Assembly (NCBI GenBank): GCA_001687465.1
Contig: LVLI01000382.1
Location: forward strand, 1 to 56,596
DNA: 56,596 bases
Source of the DNA: Halocafeteria seosinensis
Taxonomy: Eukaryota
Direction of reading: 5' to 3'
The notes beneath the pieces were generated by a model. That model saw only the letters and a program-made list of their open reading frames with translations, did not search any database and was not told the DNA's origin. This document shows, in pieces, positions 1 to 10,084 of this stretch. A program made the translations under genes and the position numbers. Position 1 is the stretch's first letter. Each line of letters begins with the position of its first letter.

Positions 1-1170
1 GAGTTAACAACTGTGCTGCGAAGCTCATGAATTTCTGATCGAAGTTTTCCTACTTGGTCAAGAATGTCACTGCTGGAAATACTGTCAAGATTGCGCTCGT
101 TGAAGTCGGTCTTGACCAGTCGTCCCCACATGAGTAGTGTAAAGTATTGAATACCGGACTCTGATGCAGCGTCGGTGATCTGTTGAATAATATGAGATTT
201 GGATCCCCAATCCGTAAGGACATCGTCGAAGTACATTAGCAGGCTCGCTAACATCGCGTGAAGCAGTCCAGTGATCGGTGTACATCCTGACGAGATATCG
301 CGAAAAATTGCCGTGTTTTGTCCAAAGAGATGAGTGAGGAAAGTTTCAATATCCTTCCGGTTATCCTCAGTCATGAATACGAGGCGGGGTAAATGAGCAC
401 CCGTTTTACAATCAGTCCATCCTGCCAACGCCCTTCCTCCGACGTTTATGCTTTCGAACAATTGCAGCAAATAGTGGAAAACATTGTTGATCCCTTGACA
501 CTCCCAGCCTCCACGAGCGATTATATGATGTAATTCTACATCCCGAGTGTTTGCCATTTGATTGGATGCGCCAATGCGCAAAGATGTGCCGATGTAATTG
601 ACCTTTTCCTCATCTTTTTCCTTCAACCACGTCGTCAATTTGGTCGCTGGGGCTTTCATTCTTTGGAGTTGTGGGAAAATAAAGTTTTGCTCACCATAGT
701 TTCCTCTAGAGGTTATGAGATAACTACCTAAGCAGTGCAAGTAGTCAATCTCATAATTGGACCTATCCGGAAAGAAACTCGTGGGCTGGAAGGTGGAGGT
801 CTTTTTCTGAGCCCAATCAGCAGTGAGGTATTCTCCAGTAATGGGTAGTGACAGGCAATTCCACGTCATCAGAGCGACTTCACCAGTGCGTCCCACGGCG
901 AGCCAGTTTATCACTATGGCCGCTCTCCTCATCATTGCCTCTGGGTTGTTCTCTGCGAGGAAACGCCTCGCGAACTCAAGTCGCATCGCAGCATGGGAGG
1001 TGCCTTTTCGGCGAAGGGATCCCATCCCGCATGCAACGTTGCGAGACTAGGTTTCTGATCCGATCCCCAATCTGCATAAACCAGTCAGAATCCGATAGCT
1101 TTTTCAATTCAGGATTTTGGGGATACTTCTTCTGCAGCAAACTCTTAGTGTGTGTGGACCTTTGCAACTG
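1..1170 (-). mobile_element. Crypton-type (CryptonS-like) tyrosine recombinase; frameshifted near its 5' part, 3' end runs off the window
   Basis: My manual translation shows a minus-strand frame open from ~987 to base 1 with no stop, which explains its absence from the ORF track. It reads ..WLAVGRTGEVALMTW..WAQKKT..NFIFPQL..GTSLRIGASNQM..IIARGGWECQGINNVFHYL..VGGRALAGW.. This matches the YR catalytic order R..K..(H)xLR..W..Y plus a GRxLAGW box I recognise from stramenopile Crypton-like YRs. The upstream part (ORF 976..1239, ..WFMQIGDRIRNLVSQRCMRDGIP) joins via two apparent frameshifts at ~975-1015 (GIP/FAEKAPPMLRCDL/EFARRFL). The 5' boundary is approximate. Confidence 0.78.
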
Positions 1171-1361
1171 CATACCCGTAGTTCGGAGAGAAACTGTAAT
1201 AGTCTTGTGTGTAGATGTGTATTGGTAATGATGACACAACCCTATGAAGATATATATTACTGTCTATTCCATAACTTCAACAACACCTGTGGACATCCAG
1301 ACAAGAGTATGTAGCACAGTGTAATATTTATTAACACTCAAACTACTTGTTAAACGATGCC

Positions 1362-4300
1362 ATGGCTACCCACATCCACACGGTATGTCGTGAGACATGC
1401 GTTCAGACGATTAACGAAGGACTAGAATCCCCGCCCCCTGCGACTCCGTCGCTTACCAGTAGGTCTCAAACCAATAACTCAACCATGCAAGCAAACGACA
1501 TCGACAAACAACCAAACAACAACAACCAAGCAAACGACATCGACAAACAACAACCGCGAGAATCAAACGAATACCGTTCAATCACACAAGCGCTTGATCA
1601 TCTCTATGCCAAATCTTGGCAATGCAAATCTTCACAGGTCGAAGAAGAATTCCTCCATTACTCCAGAAATACACCTGCCCAAGCTTTCCAAAACTCTTCC
1701 TACCATCATATCCTTGCGTTTGTATTCTCAAACGAAAATACCATCTACTCAGAACAAAATGCAAAGCAATTACAACAGGAAAGTAACCTCGCCCAGGCAA
1801 GAGCACGTGAGCGCAAGAAAAAGCAGCTAGGAGAACAATATTTCGCTCAGCTACAAGCTCGCAAGCGACATATGACCAGCCTCTTGGAAAGCAATCGCAA
1901 GAAATTCTGCCCAACACAAGAGTTTCACTCTGTGGAAAAGTCCCTCGACTTTCTGTATCGCAAATCGTGGCACTGCAACACTTCACAGACAGATGAACGA
2001 TTTCTTCACTATGCGAGAAACAATCCCAAGCAAGCATTCGACGATCGCGCTTACCATCATTTGCTTGAGTTTGTATTCGGTACCGAGGACGTCACTTACT
2101 CGGAACAAACTGCACAGAAACTACAGCACGAGAGCATACGCGCTAGGAAACGAATCCTTGACCGCAGTAAGAAACAGTCGGCAGAACACTATCCGGACCA
2201 ACTAGAGGCTCACAAACGACATGTAAGAAGGTTACTGCAAAGCACTGCTCAACAGTTTCACTCGATGGAAAGGGCCCTTGAGTTTCTATATCGGAAATCG
2301 TGGCAGTGCACCACTTCACAGACAGATGAACAATTCCTTCATCACTCTAGAAACAATCCCAACCAAGCATTCGCTGATCCCGATTACCATCATCTACTTG
2401 AGTTTGTATTCGGTTCACAAAATATCACTCATTCTGAAGAAAATGCACAAAGGCTACAACACGAGAGCATCCTCGCTAGGAAAAGAATCATTGGCCGCAT
2501 CAAGAAACAATCGGGAGAACACTATCCCGAGCGACTGAATAGCCACAAACGACATATGAGCAATCTTTTATGTAATACACGAGCAGCAAAACGGCATTGT
2601 CCTCACAAGTACCAGACCGCAAAGGAAACGTATGTTAACGGACTGATTGAACTTCACAGCAAAAATCAATATGTTCAACCCCGTGCCTATGATGCCCTCG
2701 TCCGCGATATCCGACAAGACTTCAGTCCTGCAAAAGCATTGGAATTTGCATGTCTTATCTGCGATTTACTCTACACAACATCGGAAGGAGACTGGACTCC
2801 CGTTCGGCAGTTGCTACAAAGCGATATACTCGACACTATGAAACATCATCTACATGCGAATGCTATGACGCCGACACTTGATCCTTTGCTTCTCAATGAC
2901 TATAACATCGTTCCGATCGTCATGCAGACGACATCCATTCCCCGTCCAACAGCTAAAGAGCACTTTGATTCTCTCTTGTTAAGTCCTCGAGCAGTCTCCG
3001 GAGGATACGTCTTTATGTGCAAGACATGCAGTAGCCACATGCAGAATGGAACGCTCCCCCCTCTGGCAATAGCTAACAACAATGCAATCGGTTCGCTTCC
3101 TCGATCCCTCGAAGACCTTACGGAAATGGAAAGACGGCTTTGTTCTATATTTGTTCCGCGTTTCATTTTGCAAACACTTCAGAGCCATCAATCAAATCTG
3201 CAGTCCCATGTCGCAATTTTGGAAGCTCCAATAGAGCAGGTAGTCAATCAGTTGCCAAACTTACAAGCATTGGAGTCGATACACGTTATTTCGGCTAAAG
3301 ACTTGCAAAGCCTTGCTCACAAATGGGATAGGTTAAACTTCTGTCAAGTGCGTATTCGAAACGTCACAGGAACGATAGACTTCTTGCGCGAGCATCATCA
3401 ACACTACGCCAATATTGAATGCAGCGAACGAAACCTGCAAGAATTGGAAAACTCCATTGACCGATCCACTTCTCTCCCAACTCGCGTACTTCAAGAGGTA
3501 CACATTGACGCCTCCAAATCCACGAAAACTCATCAGGACAACCACGCGAACCCCATACCGAGCGACGAGCAGCTTGAACACCGAGACATGGTACACACAA
3601 ACCCTTCGCATCGACCCACTTTTTTACACTTTACTCATGCATTTGTTCAAAAGCTTGGCAAGTTCGTTCCCCAGTATCACGTGGACAACCTCACTAAAAT
3701 CTTTCCAACGCTGTTCCCTTTCGGGAGAGGCGGACTTGACGAAACTAGAAGGGTACCTCTCTCTGAGGCATCGATCTGCAAACGTTTGCTGCGGGTTAGC
3801 TCTAAGCAATTCCAAAACAAGACGTTCATTTCATACGCATTTGACCAACTTTCGCGGAAAAATGCAACCCAGGCAGCGTTACTTACACTGCCAGGACAAC
3901 GATTCCAAGAATTCAGCCAACTCACTCAGGAGTCGTTACACCAAGCAATTGAATACAAAGGGTCGCGAGAACAACACCTCCAACAAGGAAAGACTCCTCC
4001 ACCTCCACCAGAAAATGCCCAAGTACGAAAAGCTCTATCGCTCCTCCATCATTGTTCGATTGCGTCAAAACACATGTTTAACCCTCCGGAAGAACGCGTA
4101 AACTATCGCAAACAGGTCTTCGGCCTAAAAGCAGCCTTGGGCACTCCTCATCTATTCATAACGTTTTCTCCTTCCGGCCTACACAACAACACATTACTTG
4201 TCAACGTCAAGAACACCAACACCCTTGAAACACTGCAGCACTTTCTCTACAATCCCGGCGCAAACCTGCCTGCACGAGCGGATCGCTACAAAGCAATTGC

Positions 4301-7300
4301 TGATAATCCAACAGTACCATATCGGCATTTTCGCAGGCAGCTTGATATCTTTATAAGAAATATCCTCGGCTACGACATGAAGCAAAATGTACCTGCTGAA
4401 GTACCAGGAGCTTACGGTAAACCAATTGCAATCATTGGCTCAGTTGAAAGTCAAGAACGAGGCAACTTGCATGCACACTTACTTGTTTGGTTACTAGGAT
4501 TCCCTCCGACTGCCGCCGCTTTCGAGAAACTCCTTGCAAATCCCGAACACAACCAACGGCTTCGACAACTGATCAATGTCTCCTTGAGAGCAAGTTATGT
4601 AACACCGCTGACATGTCCCAAATGCCAAAGAAGTGATACACTCTCTGACCTAGTACCGGCAACACACGAAACATTAGCACGAGCCGGAAGACAAGACAAC
4701 GACGAACCGACTACCGTTTCATGTACGTCTTGTGGCCCCTTTCGTCCGTGTGCCCGTCTATATGAAATCCTCAACCGACTGGTTCCTCAAGCTTGCCATC
4801 TTGCGCAAACGTCTCCTGACAATTTCCTGCACCAATTCAAAACGGGTTCGATACAATGCAAGTCTCCGGAACAACATGATGCCCTCCTCACATTAGCGCA
4901 ACTCACCTGCTGTACACATGGCTTCAACCATCACCCTACGTGCTTCTCAGTCAAAAAGCTAAACGGTCGAATCAAACCTACTTGCCGCTTTCAATTCCCC
5001 AGGGCATGTACCTCCGACGCGTCGGATAGCGACCCATTGCAACCAGTCCGCAACGTTGGCTCCTGTTGGGTAAACACACACAACATCGCCACACTACAAG
5101 CATTTGGATGCAACAATGATGTCCAGTTCATCACTCCAAACACTTCTTCAGCTATCACATTCTACTTGTGTAACTATCCATTCAAATCGCAGCAAATCGG
5201 GGACTTCAACAAACAGTTACTCAAGACAGCCGTAGCAACTCGACTCAACAACGAAAACCGAGAAACCCAAGCATTAGATGACGACACTGAGCAGCAGCAA
5301 ACCCGCAGGGGACGTCAACGAGTGCTTTCAGTACTGATGGCAGCCACTTCACGAATCAGCACTGGTATGCAAATGGCAATGTGGTATATCGACCACGGAT
5401 CTTCATTCATTTCTTCCCACACCTATGCAACCATTCACATACCCCAAGTCATTGCGTATATGAATCAAGAGCCATTACACTTCAACGTCAACGATCATGC
5501 GAGCGTCCACGCTCCCTATATCTACGATTACGTCTACAGAGGGGATGCTCTTAGCAGTCTCCCGCTCTACCTCTTCACTGCACTTTACAGAAAAGCACCA
5601 AAGGCCAAACCAGCAGCTACTTTAACAGAGAATGAGCAGGATCCCGACGAGATCACCAGCACTACGAAAAAACGACTTCCCAACGATCTCCTAGCAAGAT
5701 TGTTACTATCCAAGTGGGATCATGAGAGTCAATGTCTACCTACAAGTATCCCCTTCGATACCGAACATCCTCAACACAAAACGCATCAGCTCATGTTAAA
5801 GCAAAAAGCTAGCGTCGTCATCTTAAACGGACGACGCATGTACAACCTAGCTCTACTCCGTCACCCGGAACTTGATGACATTGATGACCTCCTTAATGCT
5901 CAACAGGACGACGATCTTGCTGACCACGACGTATCATCTCCCGACAGCAAATTTAACAAACAAGTTTATCTTGCCAAATTTGTGATGTCCCTCTTTAAAC
6001 CTTTCCGAAAACCACAAGATATATGTCATGCTCCTGAACAAAACGATCACTGGATACAGAGTGCACGTCAATTTCTCAACGCGGAAGATACGGGTGAAAG
6101 CAGACTCGCCTCCTATGTATGCAACAACATTCAAGAATATTATGACGGCAAACAGGACGCTCATCTGCAACAAATGCATGAGCATACACTCACAACGACA
6201 GGCTCAGACGATCTAGACTCCGATGTCGATCTAGATGCTGAAAGCGTTGACGAACTCCGCGAACAGGATTTACAGGACTCGCCTTCAGAAGATCTACCAC
6301 TAGACTTAGACGACATAGCACATAAGCATCCTTACCAGTCACCGCAAATTCAAACTGATTTATCTTTAGTGAACGATCAAATCGCTCGTAATTGGAAGCA
6401 CACTTTAGAGCATGCCTCTGCTCACCCACCCGAGCCCACTGCAGGGTTTTCCGACTCACATTCAGACGCCCATTCTGCAGACACCAATGTCATCACGAAA
6501 CCACAAGCAGCTTTCATTACACTGCATGAGCTGTATTCGAAGTACACAAACACTGTCCCACTCACCGAGACTGCATCGCCAATGCAACATTTTCCAAATA
6601 CATCTTTGCCCTATCCAACGATCGACGACATCATTCAATCTTTCCAATTAACTTCGGAGCAATCAGCAGCGTTCCAACTCTTTGCAATGATTCTTCTCTC
6701 CCCTCTCATTAACGAGCACATACATATTTTCTCCACAAACGAACAACGGAACACAGCTAATCAATTGTTACAATTTACACGTACATGTCTAGCGACTGAT
6801 ACTCTGATCCCACCCCAGTTATTGATCCATGGCCCTCCGGGGACAGGGAAATCGTACCTCCTATCTGCATGCAAACACTTTGCCCAAATGTGGGGCTTGC
6901 AATCTAAAGTCCAGTTTTGTGCATCTACAGGGGCAGCAGCAGTACTCATTCAAGGACGCACATACCATTCCTTCTTACGGATGCCAAGAGAACACGATCC
7001 GGAAGATTGTCGCAACCGTAGCATTGACGACAGCCTCTCCACCAGCTTTCAGGAATTATCTCTCATTGTTATCGATGAAATGTCGATGATAGGTGCAACA
7101 CATCTACGCAAGATCGACGAACAACTACGCACACTTACAGGAAGACCAAACTGTCCGTTTGGAAATGTTGCTATCATTCTGGTGGGCGATTTCTATCAAT
7201 TACCTCCGGTTGCCGACACACCACTTTACTCACCCGCTAGTATTGTCTTTGACAACTTCAAGAAAAATGCTATCTGCTTAACGCAAAATTTCAGGTCGAA

Positions 7301-8312
7301 ATGCGAGAAAGTGTCTTTCTTATCGGAAGCGTTGCGTCGGGAGAGGCCACCCAAGGAAGATATCTTAACAATCCTTCAAGAACGTTCGCAGAAAATTCCT
7401 CCGCAAGGCACCGACTACATTACCGCCACTAAAACTAACGACGATCGCAGAGAAGTCATAAATGCTCATATTTACCAAGCAGCGCAACTTGCCAGTGAAG
7501 GAAAACACCCTCCTGTTTATGCATTCCCAGCGTCCTTCGCACCGTCTCAGAAGCACAGCAACCTATCCCAAAACAAGCTTCAGAAGCACATGCGCTTTTG
7601 GAAAGAAAGAACGGACACGCAGCTACAAGGCAGACCTGCAGTGTTCTACTGTTGGGTATCCATGAAAGTTATGGTCACCGAAAACATCGCAACATCGTTG
7701 GGCATTTGTAATGGAACCATAGGTAACATCGTCGGATTCATTTGGCAGAGCGATTCGAAAAACACAGAACCTCGTCCATTCACACTACCTGAAGTCACAC
7801 AACAAAAGCATTTCCCTTCCGTTCACTATGCTGCAGAGCCACCGCAAGCAATACTTATAAAACTCCAAGGATCCTGTTCCAAGCAACTTCGACAAGCCGT
7901 AACACTTACCGGTCTCCCGGACGACGTCTTCCCCGTATTCCCGACCAAGCGACTCGTGAAGGCCCCGATCCGCACGAGAACACTCAAAGCGACCATGTGG
8001 CAGTTTCCCATCATTTGTGCAGACGCTATTACCATCCATAAGTTGCAAGGGAAGACCATTGAGTCTCCACTCCTCGTTACATCCCTCAGCAACTTATCCA
8101 CCGCAAGCGCGTACACTGCAATAACAAGATTACGAACGATTGATCAACTTTACATTCGCGATGCCATCAACAAACGCTCAATCTACAATTGGAAGCCCTC
8201 CAAACGACTTGCCGCCGCAATGAACTTTCTACAGGAATCCAGCAAACAACTACTTTCCTCCTTCCACAAACAAGACCCACCCAACAACTTCCAAGCATCT
8301 TCAACAATCTAG
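1362..8312 (+). CDS. Helitron-like RepHel transposase (HUH Rep + Pif1/SF1B helicase), Helitron2/Helentron type, no APE endonuclease
   Basis: Intronless ORF 1347..8312, first ATG at 1362. DUF6570-like segment CKTC..PPLAIANNN..LEDLTEMERRL. Rep motifs: I HLFITFSP, II VESQERGNLHAHLLVWL (HUH), III YLCNYPFK. Helicase motifs: GPPGTGKS, IDEMSMI, GDFYQLPPV, LTQNFRS, NGTIG, AITIHKLQGKT, YTAITR. Confidence 0.96.
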   Translation: MATHIHTVCRETCVQTINEGLESPPPATPSLTSRSQTNNSTMQANDIDKQPNNNNQANDIDKQQPRESNEYRSITQALDHLYAKSWQCKSSQVEEEFLHYSRNTPAQAFQNSSYHHILAFVFSNENTIYSEQNAKQLQQESNLAQARARERKKKQLGEQYFAQLQARKRHMTSLLESNRKKFCPTQEFHSVEKSLDFLYRKSWHCNTSQTDERFLHYARNNPKQAFDDRAYHHLLEFVFGTEDVTYSEQTAQKLQHESIRARKRILDRSKKQSAEHYPDQLEAHKRHVRRLLQSTAQQFHSMERALEFLYRKSWQCTTSQTDEQFLHHSRNNPNQAFADPDYHHLLEFVFGSQNITHSEENAQRLQHESILARKRIIGRIKKQSGEHYPERLNSHKRHMSNLLCNTRAAKRHCPHKYQTAKETYVNGLIELHSKNQYVQPRAYDALVRDIRQDFSPAKALEFACLICDLLYTTSEGDWTPVRQLLQSDILDTMKHHLHANAMTPTLDPLLLNDYNIVPIVMQTTSIPRPTAKEHFDSLLLSPRAVSGGYVFMCKTCSSHMQNGTLPPLAIANNNAIGSLPRSLEDLTEMERRLCSIFVPRFILQTLQSHQSNLQSHVAILEAPIEQVVNQLPNLQALESIHVISAKDLQSLAHKWDRLNFCQVRIRNVTGTIDFLREHHQHYANIECSERNLQELENSIDRSTSLPTRVLQEVHIDASKSTKTHQDNHANPIPSDEQLEHRDMVHTNPSHRPTFLHFTHAFVQKLGKFVPQYHVDNLTKIFPTLFPFGRGGLDETRRVPLSEASICKRLLRVSSKQFQNKTFISYAFDQLSRKNATQAALLTLPGQRFQEFSQLTQESLHQAIEYKGSREQHLQQGKTPPPPPENAQVRKALSLLHHCSIASKHMFNPPEERVNYRKQVFGLKAALGTPHLFITFSPSGLHNNTLLVNVKNTNTLETLQHFLYNPGANLPARADRYKAIADNPTVPYRHFRRQLDIFIRNILGYDMKQNVPAEVPGAYGKPIAIIGSVESQERGNLHAHLLVWLLGFPPTAAAFEKLLANPEHNQRLRQLINVSLRASYVTPLTCPKCQRSDTLSDLVPATHETLARAGRQDNDEPTTVSCTSCGPFRPCARLYEILNRLVPQACHLAQTSPDNFLHQFKTGSIQCKSPEQHDALLTLAQLTCCTHGFNHHPTCFSVKKLNGRIKPTCRFQFPRACTSDASDSDPLQPVRNVGSCWVNTHNIATLQAFGCNNDVQFITPNTSSAITFYLCNYPFKSQQIGDFNKQLLKTAVATRLNNENRETQALDDDTEQQQTRRGRQRVLSVLMAATSRISTGMQMAMWYIDHGSSFISSHTYATIHIPQVIAYMNQEPLHFNVNDHASVHAPYIYDYVYRGDALSSLPLYLFTALYRKAPKAKPAATLTENEQDPDEITSTTKKRLPNDLLARLLLSKWDHESQCLPTSIPFDTEHPQHKTHQLMLKQKASVVILNGRRMYNLALLRHPELDDIDDLLNAQQDDDLADHDVSSPDSKFNKQVYLAKFVMSLFKPFRKPQDICHAPEQNDHWIQSARQFLNAEDTGESRLASYVCNNIQEYYDGKQDAHLQQMHEHTLTTTGSDDLDSDVDLDAESVDELREQDLQDSPSEDLPLDLDDIAHKHPYQSPQIQTDLSLVNDQIARNWKHTLEHASAHPPEPTAGFSDSHSDAHSADTNVITKPQAAFITLHELYSKYTNTVPLTETASPMQHFPNTSLPYPTIDDIIQSFQLTSEQSAAFQLFAMILLSPLINEHIHIFSTNEQRNTANQLLQFTRTCLATDTLIPPQLLIHGPPGTGKSYLLSACKHFAQMWGLQSKVQFCASTGAAAVLIQGRTYHSFLRMPREHDPEDCRNRSIDDSLSTSFQELSLIVIDEMSMIGATHLRKIDEQLRTLTGRPNCPFGNVAIILVGDFYQLPPVADTPLYSPASIVFDNFKKNAICLTQNFRSKCEKVSFLSEALRRERPPKEDILTILQERSQKIPPQGTDYITATKTNDDRREVINAHIYQAAQLASEGKHPPVYAFPASFAPSQKHSNLSQNKLQKHMRFWKERTDTQLQGRPAVFYCWVSMKVMVTENIATSLGICNGTIGNIVGFIWQSDSKNTEPRPFTLPEVTQQKHFPSVHYAAEPPQAILIKLQGSCSKQLRQAVTLTGLPDDVFPVFPTKRLVKAPIRTRTLKATMWQFPIICADAITIHKLQGKTIESPLLVTSLSNLSTASAYTAITRLRTIDQLYIRDAINKRSIYNWKPSKRLAAAMNFLQESSKQLLSSFHKQDPPNNFQASSTI
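1488..1550 (+). repeat. 24-nt direct repeat (QANDIDKQ x2) in the RepHel N-terminus
   Basis: caagcaaacgacatcgacaaacaa occurs at 1488-1511 and 1527-1550. Confidence 0.9.
1572..2570 (+). repeat. Three tandem ~110-115-aa coding repeats in the RepHel N-terminus
   Basis: Units start at ~1572, ~1923 and ~2256. They share LY(A/R)KSW(Q/H)C..SQ..E.FLH..RN.P.QAF....YHH.L.FVF......SE..A..LQ.ES..A..R....KKQ..E.Y...L...KRH...LL. Confidence 0.92.
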
Positions 8313-8987
8313 GAAGCTTAGCGCCTTCTCCCCGCTACCATTGCAAAATCGGCGGGNATCGGTGATGCACACAAACTCCAGCCAACGGAGCACACACACA
8401 TGAAGGAGGACAAAGGCAAAAGCCTAACAATTCCTCGCCAGCCGTGGATAGGTCTGCGGGCAACCAAGTTGAATGCGATCCGTCACGATCATCCGTGGTG
8501 AATTGAAGGACGACGACGTGTACATTATAGGCCTACGGGCAAAGAGAGCTACGAAAGGAAAAGAGAACAGCTACAAAACCAGCTACAATGAGGAGTCACT
8601 ATCCATGCTTCCCCGTTCGCTCTGCGTACTGTCATCCCTATGCGCCGCCTCCATTTCATCAGCAGGATCCTCGTATACCGCCGCTCCACAGTGGAACTCC
8701 CTGGTGAATTCGAAACTGTCGCCAATTGCCAGAGCAAGTCATCCACAAGATTCGGACCGACACACAGCGTCATAGGCTCAGAACCGCTTATTCGGTTGCC
8801 CGACTGTCCTTCAGAGTGGATCATGATCATGGCCATCCTTCCAGAAAAAAAGAACGTTCGTACTTCAACATCCGCGTAGGTTGAAAACGTGGAACAATAC
8901 CACCAGCGTAGAATTCATGTCTTCTCCGGAATTGTCAAATGTCAATCCACCAATATACGACGTTACACACCACACTCACGCGTAACC

Positions 8988-9893
8988 ATGCCCAAAGCAA
9001 AAGAAGTCCACTCACCGTCCGCAGCGCTTGACAACACCATCACTCATCCGTACGAACAGACGGCTACCCTCAACATGCTGACCCCGTCCAAAACCTCCTG
9101 GAAACTGAAACTAAAGGTAAAAGCAAAATCTAAAATAAGAACCATAAAGCCCACGCAGCCAACCAACATGTTCCAAGCAACGTTCATGGATTCCAACGGT
9201 CACCATATCCGTGCCGTTTTCTTCGATGAGGCTGCCGAACATTTCCACCCGGTGCGTTTTTCGAACATATTCCCAAAAATTGGTTCAACTTGAACACACA
9301 CCCCTTCTACTTCCCTCTGCAGAAGTTGGAGCTCCACAAGACATATATCCTTTCTTCACGCAATAAACAGGAAGCCCAAGTCAAACCAGCGCGATTCAAG
9401 CCCGGTCTCTTCGATTCACCCTTTGAGCTATTGGTGAAAAAGGATGCTTCCATTGAGTAAGTGCCGGTAGACGTTACCCCCATTCACACATGCCCGACAT
9501 TCATTTTCGTGACGTAACAGGGAATGCGACCCGATCCGACGTCTCCGTTTCCGCTGCTTAGCAGACCTTACAGCGGAAGATGTCTTCAAACCTGCCGATT
9601 TGAAAGTCCGAGTGCTTGACGTGGAACAAGGGGCCAATTTCGCCCTTGCTTACGTTCAGCAACCCGACTCCAAAGTTATCGGCCAGGTAAGTATGCAGGT
9701 TGTACATACTGTAGGAAACTCTTTTAGAACGTCCTTTGGTTCATCGTCGTTGCAGCTCAAGCTATGGGGAGACAACGCAGAAACAGTCGCAAGTGCGCTT
9801 CACAAAACAATCATCGTCGAGGCAGCTACCCTCCTCAGCATCTCACCCCTCACTTTCGGTGGCACTCCACTATTGCACAGACACAACACCTAA
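8988..9893 (+). CDS. RPA70 (RPA1)-like OB-fold ssDNA-binding protein, 4 exons, element-borne
   Basis: GT-AG introns at 9252-9322, 9457-9520 and 9687-9755. The spliced product LTPSKTSWKLKLKVKAKSKIR..FMDSNGHHIRAVFFDEAAEHFHP/KLELHKTYILS..VKPA..FELLVKKDASIE/ECD..RFRCLADL..DLKVRVLDV../LKLWGDNAE follows the RPA70 DBD-A and a shortened DBD-B pattern. Confidence 0.85.
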
Positions 9894-10025
9894 AACTATT
9901 ATACATAACATACGCGTTGCGCAACCTTCATGAAGGCTTCATCGACTGTACTTCAACCACCCAGTGTTCGTTTTCACAGCACACTCACTCAACCGAGTTC
10001 ACTTCCACAGGCGTTCTCTGACGCA

Positions 10026-10074
10026 TAATCCCCTCCGTTCAGAGGGACTTCCTCACGCTCCTGCGGGAGGCTTT
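10026..10074 (+). repeat. Helitron2/Helentron-type 3' terminus, copy 1 (subTIR + stem-loop + T-tract)
   Basis: taatcccctccgttcagagggacttcctcacgctcctgcgggaggcttt contains the quasi-palindrome ccctc..gaggg and the hairpin cctc-a-cgc tcct gcg-g-gagg. An identical 49-nt copy lies at 11303-11351. Confidence 0.85.
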
Positions 10075-10084
10075 TTCCCTCTGG

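Larger units (their letters stand above)
1362..10075 (+). mobile_element. Autonomous Helitron2/Helentron-like element (RepHel + RPA); 3' end at ~10071-10075, 5' end not found in the window
   Basis: RepHel ORF, then RPA-like gene, then subterminal inverted repeat (10032-10047), GC hairpin (10051-10070) and a T-tract. The + strand is visibly C/A-skewed across the block. One ambiguous base (n, 8357) lies inside. Confidence 0.75.

Noticed and set aside
85..1314. Short listed ORFs (85..285, 823..1050, 848..1228, 1117..1314)
   Set aside because: They are alternative-frame or antisense shadows of the tyrosine recombinase frame.
8330..8900. Small gene or hairpin terminus between RepHel and RPA
   Set aside because: The short ORFs on both strands have no motif, and the weak cccgc..gcggg stem abuts an ambiguous n base.
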